Assembly (NCBI GenBank): GCA_016748015.1
Contig: JAAOMT010000175.1
Location: forward strand, 105,395-169,394
Direction of reading: 5' to 3'
Length of the DNA: 64,000 nt
Origin: Geosiphon pyriformis uo1
Lineage: Eukaryota > Fungi > Glomeromycota
Under the pieces are notes generated by a model. That model did not search any database and was not told the origin of the DNA. It saw nothing but the letters and a program-made list of their open reading frames with translations. Below, piece after piece: positions 50,390 to 61,500 of the stretch; positions within the stretch are counted from its first letter, which is position 1; every line of letters begins with the position of its first letter. The position numbers and the translations under genes were made by a program.

Positions 50390-52800
50390 TTAAAAAAAAA
50401 TTATAAGCTTTAATTAATTCTACAAAATATATACAAAATATATAATTCTGTTGATTGGTTTTATTTAAAAAACAGTTTATAAAAAATTAAAATATGTTCT
50501 AGATTTATCAGGTTTTTTGGTAACATTTATAATAATTAGATAAATTATATTATAATTAACTTTAAACTAATTAATAGCTATAGAGTTTATAATAGTTTAA
50601 ATTAAAATAATGTTTTTTTTTGTTGTGGCATATTTTTTATGATTTTTTTTTTGTAAAATAAAAAAATATAAACAATTTTTTGGTTATTATATAGACTTTA
50701 AATATATTTAAGAATAAATTAAATTATTGGTTAATTTAGTTTTATATTATATTTAGTAACTGATATTTTTGTAAATAATATAATCTGAATTAAAAATAAT
50801 TATATTATAACACAATATATACTTAATATAATTAATAAATTTTTCAAATTCAATAATATTTCTATTAATACTGACAAAATTGTGGCCATTTTAATTAAAA
50901 GACAAATTATTAATACTTTTTTATTTATTAGTAACTTACCTATTGTAATTGCTAAAAAAAAATTATATTGTTATTTAAGTATTTTTTTGTTTACAAATAG
51001 GCTTTTTAAGTTTGATTTTTTTAAAACTTATTTTAATATTAAGTTTTTTTTCAATATTGTTTTGAAAAAAGCTATTATTAACAAATAGTTTTTATATTTA
51101 GTCTCTATTATATTTTAACTTATTATTAATTACAGATTATAATTTAGCTTTATTTTTAAGAGTATATATTAAAAGTAAAATGTAATAATATATAAGAGTT
51201 TAAAAAATAAAATAAAACTTTTTTTTTTGTAGTTTTAAGTTATTTAAGCAAGTTTAAACTAAAAATAAAATTGTATCTCTGGTTTTTTTAAATGTTTTTG
51301 ATATTGTTAATTGGCTTTTTTATTACAGATCTATAAATTTACAAATTTTTAATTAAACTTTAATAAATTTTTTGTGTTATTTTATTAAGTTATATATTAA
51401 TTTAATTAACAACTTTCTTATTAATATAATTAAAATTTTGTTAGACTGTTATGTTTTATTAATTAGCTTTGTTTTTTCAACATTTTTGAATTTAAATTAC
51501 ATTTTTATTTCAAATATTTTGGATGCAAAGTTGTATTTTAATGTTATTAGTTTTTTAAAAAAATTTAATATAGTTTTTAATAAGCAATTATTAAATAAAC
51601 ATAGTAATATTTTTATTTAAAAAATTTTTTACTAATAAAAAAAAGCTTGATTTTAGAAGTTTAATGTTTTATTAGTTTGTTATTATTATTTATTGTCTTT
51701 AAAACAGATGTGTTTATAAGACTAATTTGTTTTATTATTGTAATATTAATTATTAAAATATTATAAACTTTTATAATTTATCAATAATTAAAAAGTGTTT
51801 AATAAAAACAGAGCTTTTAGTTATTAATTTTTTTATAAATAGTTTACTAAAAAAGTTAAAATTTTGTGATATTGTTGTTTTTTTAATGATTTTAGTTTAA
51901 ATATTAATATGTTTTCAAGTTAGTATTATTAATATATATTAAATTATAAACTATTTTATTGGTTTTTAAATGTATTTTTTTCTTATATAATTAATATTTA
52001 TTTAAACAATTAGATTGTATTTAATGCTTGTATTTTGGAATTTGGTTTGTTTAAATTAAATATCTATAATAGTTTTTAAATTAAAAAAAGACAAATTATT
52101 AATTTTATATATAATAAAAATATTTTGATATTGTAGTCTAAAGTTAAAAATAATTTAAACATAATAAATTATGTAATTACTAATAAATTGGCTGAAACTA
52201 CTGCTTAATTGCTATTTTTTTCCAATTTTAGTTTAAAAGAATTATTTTTAAGCTGATAATAAGGTTATATTAGACAATATTTATTATTTTATTTGCTAAA
52301 TTTATTAGTTTATTGAAAACACTAAATAAAAACTGGTTCTAAAACTAATGTAGTTTTTTATAGTAATATTAATAATGTTAATTAGTGCTATACATTTGTG
52401 ATATAATAATTAGATTTATATATAAATTTAGGTTTTATTAATAGACTTATAACCAGTTTGCACACATATTTTATAAAAACTATTTACAAATAACTTTTTA
52501 TTATAGTTTAAAAATATTTATATAATAAATAATATTTTAGAATAACTTGTTTTTATTATAAAAAAGTTAAGTTTTTAAATTATGGTTTTACATATAAATT
52601 AAATACTAATATTTATTTAAAGTTATTAAAAGATTTTGGGTTTTTTAATTAGATGTTTTGTCTTTGTTTTTTTGGTGATACTGTTATTAAATTTAAATAT
52701 TTTGGACAATTCAGTTTACACAACTTTATATAAAAGTATAGTTTTTACTAATTAGTACACTAAAACTTTGTTGGTTTTTGAAAAAACCAAATTAGCTTAA
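50390..52800 (+). mobile_element. Highly eroded LINE ORF2 relic, right part (RT, RNase H, zinc finger)
   Basis: LILQNIYKIYNSVDW (from LVLQDMRKAYDSVGW), FVNNII (from FVDDTI), ORF 50882 ISNLPIVIAKK, KVK.., LYKSIVFTN. Confidence 0.8.
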
Positions 52801-54726
52801 CTATTGTTATAAGTAAACTTGATAGGATATAATTATAACATTTAGTGCTCATAATTTAATAATAAGAGCAGTATAAAGATCAAATAAATTAGCTTTAATT
52901 ATGTTGTAAGTTATTAGTTTTTAAAAATTTTTTTGTTTGAAGTTCTATTTATTGAGTTTTTTTGTTATAAGACACAAAAATAAATTTTTTTAATTGTATG
53001 ACTATTATTGTGTTTATTTCTGAATTAGTAAGTATAATTACTAAAATCTAATATTGTTTTTTTACTTTTTTAATAAGCTATAAAATTAATATTTAAACTT
53101 AGAAAAAACTTCTTTTTTTTATCAGATTATTATAAAGTTTATTTTTAAACAGTTAATTTTTAATGTTACTGCTTCACAAAAAAAAAATTAATATTCTGTC
53201 AATTACTATAATTAAAAGTAATTGGTTTAAGTTATTAGAGTTTCAAAAGCATTTATTTTAATAACATTTGGTCTAAAACAAAAATAAGCAAAAATAATTA
53301 ATTAGATCTTAATAATTAGAATATTAGAATTATAAACTTGTAAATTAAACAATAATATTTTATTTGGTAAATTTAGAATATAAAAAATGAAAAAAAAAAA
53401 TTTTTAAAGCTAAGATTAATATAAAAATATTAAGCTAATTTTTGTTTGTTCTGTTTTTTTTTATTTGCTAAAACCACTTATTTTTATACATATAGTGAAC
53501 TTTCTTTATAGTTCCTCTGGTTATAGTCACTATCTTCTTATAATCACATTATTTTAAAAACCAAAACCATTTATATATAATATTATCTTCTTATAGTCAC
53601 TTTTACTATATATATGTCCTTATAGTCCCTATTCCCACAAATATGATAGCAGAATATAAGTAATTTCCACTCTCTATAGTCACACTATAATCATATAATA
53701 TTAGATATAAACATTAGATGTCATCTCATATTTAATTAGATATGTACAGTCAAGAAGATTTTCCAATTGTCAATAGAAATCATTCTTTTTATGGTAGTAA
53801 AAAAAATTAAAGAAGTTTCTGAAAATAATTGTAGAACACTAAACAAAATTTCTTAAATATTACAACATTCAATTACTCTTCTTTATAAGCTGCCACCACC
53901 ATCAGAAGACAATGACAGAACTATTATATCTGGCTTATTGTTTGCAGGTATTATGAGAGTTTTAATAATAGTTAATATATGGTACAGTACTGCTGCTCTT
54001 GGTGCTTTGAAAACTGGTAATGCTTTAGAGACTATTGCTGCAAGTATTAATAAAGTTACTCTGGATCAAACTTTGGCTAACAAGATTACTTTTTTTTTGT
54101 ATTGGAAGAAGAAATTAACAGACTTACAAGCAAGAATAATGGCCCAATGGGATCCTCTGGGAACAAGTTTGTTAATAGAACATTGCTCAAGCAAATCAAC
54201 TGGGAACAGAGTTCAAATTTACCTTTTCTTAGGAAAAGAAATGTAACCAGTAATAAAACTCAGAGTATGAAGATTCTGATATATACCCAATAAATACATT
54301 TTCACATCAACTTTGACATCTACAATTAAAAAAAGGCTCCATACTAGCAATTATATTCATCATTTGACCAATATTTAGTATTAGCGAGTAAAAGTTTGAC
54401 TGATAGTTTTAAAGATGTATTAAAAATCAACTTTTTTGGAGCAAATAAATCCATGTTGAATGTTTTTCATAATCCAAACATAATCATGCAGAATGGAGAT
54501 TCGGACCTAGACTCAACATATCATGTTTTAAAAATGCCAATTATAAATGGTAATGCATCCAACCCAAGGTAAACAAAACTGTACACATTACAATATATTT
54601 TTAACTTCTTAAAGAATATTTATTAGGCTGTTACATGATTAACTTGATAAGCTTCAAAAACATGATCACTTAAAAGAGATATTAGAGAGTTAATAATAAG
54701 TAATAATTGTGATTTTATTAACAGAT

Positions 54727-55680
54727 TTATATTTTTTGATGATCTGCTTTTTTACTTGTTACTGAAATTAGTTTCCAAGTACCTAACAATGTTTTCTTAA
54801 TTCGCTTTGCTTTAAGAAAGTCTATTCTTTTCATCCATGCAATTTTCCTGAATTTTTTTATTTCTTCATTTAATATCCATTCATGGCCAATATCACGAAA
54901 AACACGATTAGAGACATTTGGATTTACAAACTGTGTCTTTTTTATCTGAACTCGAAATTGATTTGATTCAGCAATAAAGCTAGGACATGTATGAAACTTG
55001 TATATTTCACTTTTAGAATATTTGATGACATTAAAAAGGTTAGTATGCAATCTTTCAAATTTGATACAGTTATGCACTGCAATTTCCCAATGCCATTGTG
55101 AAGATATAGAAGGAATTAACAATTTGAGCATTTTGTTAATTTCTTCAAGTATTGCATCATGGCCTTAATGTTGATTTAAAAGTTTAGATCAAAAAATTAC
55201 AATTTTTTCTTGAATCAGCTTGCAAACTTCAGGCTTCAATTGTAGTCATTGTTCTTTATTAGCAATTTCAATTAATTGGTAAATAGGATGGTACCGAACA
55301 GACCAAATTGGTGCAAACATTTGTCTAGCCACAAGTCTTAATGAAAACCTATTGAAACAAACTCCAGTACGAAAGTTAATAATTGCTTGTAAATAAAAAA
55401 AGACTTGTTCATACTTTAACCTGAACGTGGGATCTGTTTTATTTTGGGTCTATTCTAAGTAATCTTCAACAGATAGATTTTTTTTAGAAACAACATATGA
55501 CCACATTAGTTTGGAAGCCATTGCATGCCTATATATATTACATATTAAATCCCATGACTTATGATGATCAAGACATTTTTTAAAAAACTGCAGTTGACTT
55601 TCACTCTGATATCTCTAACATTGTGCAAAGTATTTTATATCGATATTCTAATTGATATAGGCATTGCTGTATTTGGAGGG
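54727..55680 (-). pseudogene. Captured fragment of a second putative transposase-like gene (DUF6589-like, DHHKSW motif)
   Basis: Continuous minus frame with transition-type stops: YFAQC..YQSESQLQFFKKCLDHHKSWDLIC...YLQAIINFRTGV...HPIYQ...GHDAILEEINK, running into ORF 54727-55131. The family call is from motif memory only. Confidence 0.5.
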
Positions 55681-56018
55681 CTTGACAACATGATATCGTA
55701 CTATCTTTTACACGATTATGTAAGTATGTAGAGGATCAAATTAACAGCCTTCATTATTAATCATCAGTTGGAGGTAAGAGGCAAAAAGTGTCACAGATGC
55801 ATTATTGAAATTAAGTTTTTTTTTACTGAGAATTTGTCATTTGCACTTAGAATCCTACAGTTGGATTAAAATCTTCATTTTTATAATTTGGCCACTTTTT
55901 ATAATCTGAGGCACCTCATATGTCCGATTAGATATAAGGCAAAATGACATTTGAGACATAACAAATACATTAATGCATTATAAAAGCAAAATGCAATAAA
56001 AAGTGTATTCTTATTAAC

Positions 56019-57577
56019 ATGTCAAAAAACACGAACCAAAAGTGAACAACAATCTCCTTGGATACTAAAAAAGCTCTCTGCTAGTACAGACTAGAGCATC
56101 CTGACTACTCAGCAAATAGACTTATCAAAATATTTAATCTAAAAGTTGACTGCTCTACTGTAACAAAGATACTCATAAAATCAGACTGATGGATTGAAAA
56201 GAATATATTTAACAACTCTGGTCAATTGACAAAGAACAGGAAAGAGATGTTTCCAAAAATAAATGATGCACTGGGAAAATGGATGCTTGGAGCACTAACT
56301 ACCAATTGCATTCTTACTAGAAAAATTTTACAAATAAAAGCTCTCAAGTTTGCTGAAAAGTTTTCAGAAGAAAATAACTTTAAAACATCAGATAGTTGGT
56401 TAGAAAAGTTCAAAAAATGTCATAATTTGCACCACATTAAGATGCATAGTGAAGCAAACAGTGCCCTCTTGGAAATTTTACCAGAGGAACAAGAGAAACT
56501 ACATGAGATTATCAGTAAATATGATCTAAATGATGTTTACAATGCCAATGAGACAGCATTATTCTTTAAAATGCCACCAAATGCAACTTTGGCAACAAGA
56601 TCTACCTCTGGCACCAAGTATGATAAAAGTTAAATTATTATACTTCTTGCTTGTAATGCAACAGGCAACATCAAGTTGCAGTCTTTAATTATCGGCAAAG
56701 CCACAAAGCCATGATGTTTTCACAATATTAATATAAATGCACTTCTAATTACTTATTGTTACAATACAAAAGCATAGATGTGAACCAATATTTTTAGTAA
56801 ATGGCTTAATTTATTAAATGAAAAAATGCATCGCAAAAAAAAAAAATTTTGCTATTGCTTAATAATACTGGTCTCCATGGTAGAGAATCTTCCATATTAT
56901 CTAATATTATAATTAGATACTTACCATCCAATACAACATCCCATTTGCAACCATTAGATGCAAAAATTATTGTATCTTTTAAGGCACAATACCGAAAGTT
57001 GTTTTTTTTTCATTTTATTAATCAGTATGATGGCAAGATTCTAATATCAACAGTAACATTAAAGGATACAGTTGACTTTCTAATTGATGTGTGATCAGTG
57101 GTAACAACAACTACAATCCAAAACTGTTGGCATCATATGAGAATTCTGAATAATAGTTAAATGCCAGCCCATCTATTAGATATTGAACAAGAATTCCTAC
57201 AAGAAGTACAAGTTCTTATTGAACATGTTAATATTGATAAGCTATTGGCAATAGACTTTATTAATATTGACAAGTTTGAACCATTATTCACTTATGCCTT
57301 AGAGAATAAGATTGTGGATCTTATTAACAACAAGTATAGTGGAAATTCTAATGCAAATGAAGATTTAGAAAGTGAAAATGAAGATAAACCTTTGTCTTTG
57401 CTATCTACACATCAAGGTAAAATTGCACTTGAAGATACATTGCACTATTGTGAAGAGCAGTATAGTGAAAAAATTGATTCAGACTTTTTTAAAACTTTGA
57501 GAATATTAATTCGTAATACTGTTCTCAAAGTTCAAGAAGAAAAAAAACAGTTGCAAATAGATAGCTTTTTTAAATAA
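56019..57577 (+). pseudogene. CENP-B/pogo-like transposase (psq HTH, HTH_Tnp_Tc5, DDE_1)
   Basis: FKTSDSWLEKFK..HN, VYNA(D)ETALF, LLACNATG, LLL(D)N, YLP.NTTSHLQPLD; several stops. Confidence 0.92.
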
Positions 57578-57945
57578 AATATATATAATTAGTTATTATA
57601 TTATACATGTGATATATAGATCATGTGATAAAATATTGATCATTTTTTATAGTCCCATCTCTCTATAGTCACCACAAATGTGCTGACCAAAAGGTGTGAT
57701 TATAAAAAAAGTTTATTGTATTTTCTAGTTTTATAAAATTGTTTTTAATTATTTGTTATTATTAATTATTCTGTATTATTTCATATTATTGTATATTATC
57801 TTGTATTATCTTAAGTTATTTTGTATTATTTTGAGTTATTTTGTATTATTTTGTATTATTTCATATTATTTTATTTTTTTTATATTATTATGTATTAATT
57901 ATGTTTTTTCAATAATTTTGAATTTGATTTTTTATTTAGATAATA

Positions 57946-58580
57946 CCAGCCAGAAAATTGTTTAATAAACAAATTTTCAGATGAACTGAATAATACAAAA
58001 AATAATAGAGAAACCAACTTAAAACTTATAAGTTAAAAGACTTATAACTAAATAAATAGTCCAAAATACCATATATGTTAAAAAAACTTAACAGAAAAAC
58101 CAACTTGTTTTTAATTTGTACTTGTTCAAAAGTTTTTAAGCTGTATAATAAAAAATAAAAATTTTATTATTTAAAAAGTCTAAAAATAAACAAAACTTAG
58201 ATTTCAAGTCTTTATAAATTATAATATTTTATTTATTACACATTTCATTTAAATTAAGTTCTGTAATTAATAATTAAATAATGCACTGTTAAACCCAAAT
58301 CCAAGAAATATTTGTTAAAAATAGCTTTTTTTAAAACTTTACTAGCAAAAAATCTAATATTTAAATAAGTTTTTATCAAATTAAACTTAAAAAAACTTTT
58401 TATTAAAAAAATATACCCAAATATTTATATAATTTTTCTTATTTAGCCATTAAAATTGGCAAATTACTAATTGATAAAAAAAAGTTATTATTTTGCAATT
58501 AATTAAAATAATTACAGTTTTATTATTATTGATTAAAATATTATTAATCTGAAAAAATATACTTATAATATTTAAGATAT
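57946..58580 (-). mobile_element. Eroded LINE ORF2 relic (RT C-terminal region)
   Basis: Minus strand ILNI..FFQINN..NNKTV...YLGIF...VLKKAI...NNFLAG. Confidence 0.78.
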
Positions 58581-61500
58581 TGTTACAGTTAAAACTCATA
58601 CTTTTTATTAATTATCACATGTATTAGCCACTGATGTCATATAATTAGCCACCCTATTTTTAGATAATAATCATTGATCTGATCAATAACTTGACCATTA
58701 AACTGATTATTGAACTGATTATTGATTTGATTATTGATCTAATCAATGACCTGATTATTAATCTGATCATTGACCTAATCATTGACCATTTTTAATAACT
58801 ATATAAACAATGAATCTCTTAGTTGTAGAAGGCATGTCAGAAATCAAGAAAATTAAATAAATAAAATAACAACTTTCGTCTTAATTCTTCTCTTATCACT
58901 AATTTTTCTTTTTCTATTTTTAAGTATCTAAACATCTTGAGATAAAAGATTACTTGTTGGTTATTTCCTATTCTTTTCTTGAAACATGTAATTGTAGTGT
59001 TTAAAGATTATTAAATAAAATATGACTGAAGAGTATATCTGATACCTAATATTAAATTCTAAGAATGTTGATGTAAAGTATAGAATTATACTAGTGTGTG
59101 ATCATTTGTTGACAGTATAGACTATCTCTCTGCCTTCAGATTCCCCAATTATCTTTTGAAAAGTATAGCAACTAAGATATTTTATAAGACTGATTTTACA
59201 CATTGAATCCATACTTATTCAATTTGCTCTTTGAAGTTGAATTTTCTTTGATTTTTTTCATTATTCTACAATCCTGTTTTCCATTATTATCCATTAGCTT
59301 GTTATTCCAACTCATAACATAAAAGTGGGTGCTCCCTGTAAGGTTGTCAAAATTTACTTTGTTTTTTATTGTATGGGTGATTATTTATACTTGTCACAAC
59401 AATCAGAAGAATACTTTAAAACACACAACAAAAATGGTCTAGACTTTATTGAACTCAATTCTTTGTTCTTTTGCTTAATTTGCTTTCCCATTAAAAAACA
59501 ATCTAGCAAACAATTCCAAAACTTTTGGAACTGGTTCTTGAATGAGCATTCAGCTGAAATTTACATATTCTATACAACTTATTATTTTGACCAAGTTTAT
59601 TTTAAAGACAACTTTAAAGAAAGAAACAACAACATCAATCAGCTTTTATATTCCACAACCTTTAATCAACAGCCTTTTGATTTTAAATACCTGAACCACC
59701 AAATTCTTATTTGAATTGCTGCCCATCAGCTAGCTGAAACATCTTTTAAAACAGAAAAAAAAAACTATCAAACTGCTTCTGTTTTTGATCTTTTTTCAAG
59801 TAAATTAAAACACTTTACATAAACAGCTACTTTTGAACCAATGGCTAATAACCCTATACAACAAAACATTCTGATCACTTTTCAAGACATATAAACTGCT
59901 TTAGGGCAAAAAAACAACATCTCATTATCTTTATTCAGAGATAATACACAAGATTCAATTAAATGGTTAGATAATTTTAAAAAAGCTGCTATAGCCAACC
60001 AATATGATAATGAATACAAGTTTCAAATTATTGGTGGTTACTTTCAAGGCTCTTTTGCTACTTGGTTCTTACAAAAAACCAATGCCAATGCTTAGCAAAA
60101 AATTATTAAATAGACATCAACAAATGCTAAAGAAGATAACATCTCTTTTATTATCTAGTTTGAAATGAAATTTAGAACTCCTATCTTAATATCTAAATAA
60201 TACATAGAATTAGAAAAAAGAATTCAAGATTCTGGTGAAGTTGTAACTGAATATGCCAAAGCAATCAGAAAATTAATCAAGCAGATAGACTCTGAAAAAA
60301 ATTGGACAGAAGAGCAGAAAATTCACTTCTTTACAAAAAGATTGAAAACTGATTTTTTATATGCTTTTTGGCCTCTTTTGGCTCTAAAAAACAATTTCAC
60401 AATAAACATAACCATTAAATTTGTCCAACAAATTGAAAACAACCAAAAGATGTACTTGGAATTTACACTATTAGTTTTTGCTTTTGCTTCTCAAATGGCT
60501 ATTGTTTTTTTTACTGCTCAGACTTCAGATCTTAATAAACAATTGATAGATAAACTTACAGCCAATCTTGTCTAGTTGTTAGAACTCTTAGTCTAAGCAG
60601 TCAGAAAAAATTAACAACCCCAAAGACCCAGATTTGAACTCCATTTTAATCAGCCCCAACAATTTTCTTATCAAAGACAGCAAAATTATGGCCCACCTGT
60701 GTGCTATTGCTGTGGATTAACTAAACACTTTTCTAAAGATTGCAACAATCTTTCATTGTCTCCTCCAGTTTTTAGAAGCAATAACAATCAAAACAACAGA
60801 ACTATTAACAACAATATCCCCAATCAAAGATCCAATTATGCCAACATCAATTTTTTTGAAAAAGATCTCTTAGTTGAAGCCACTTTTTATTAGTCTTTAA
60901 ACTAGTAGACACACTTCCAAAAAATAAAAATGCAAGCCAATCAAAAGAAAACTCTTTTTATGTTTTTAATCTAACTAATAATAACTATGACATAGATAAA
61001 CTAGCAATCAACACCTTTGAATCAACAAAAAAGAAAAAAAAAGCCAAGATTAATTTCAATTTGGACCCAAAAAAATTATCTACTAAAGTTTTTAAAAATT
61101 CTCCAAAGTTAAAACTTTCAAAAATAGTACAAAAATTTGGTCCTTATTTCGTTGTTAAAAATCTTATGGAAATCCCAGCATATATTACATTTGGCCAATT
61201 AATGACTCATTTACAGTTTCAGAAAAAATTTTTGCAAATCATTGATTCCAAAAAAAAAACACCAAAGACCAACAAGTGCTCTCACCAAGCTGAACTTGCT
61301 AACAACAGCAATATTACTTTTCTTATTTGCAAAGCCCAAGTGGCTGGTTATTTTATTGACTTGATTTTAGACAGTAGATTATCTGTTAGTGTAATTACCA
61401 AACACTTTCTGGAAGCTATTAAAAGAAAGATTGATAAATCTTCTATCTGGCCTATGACCAATGTACATAGTGACAAAAAAAAAAGCCTGGGCATAGCCAA

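Larger units (their letters stand above)
53493..57718 (+). mobile_element. pogo/Tigger-like (Tc1/mariner superfamily) DNA transposon with ~2.3 kb cargo
   Basis: TA TSD (53491-53492 / 57719-57720); degenerate TIR of about (C)AGTGAACTYTCTTTATAGTCAC; repeated subterminal TATAGTCAC; transposase inside. Confidence 0.9.
52805..57945 (-). repeat. Solo LTR of the element A family, interrupted by a pogo transposon
   Basis: The reverse complement aligns along 14389-18576 (TGTTATCTAA...AAGTTTACxTGTAACA); no PBS or PPT flanks it. Confidence 0.82.
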
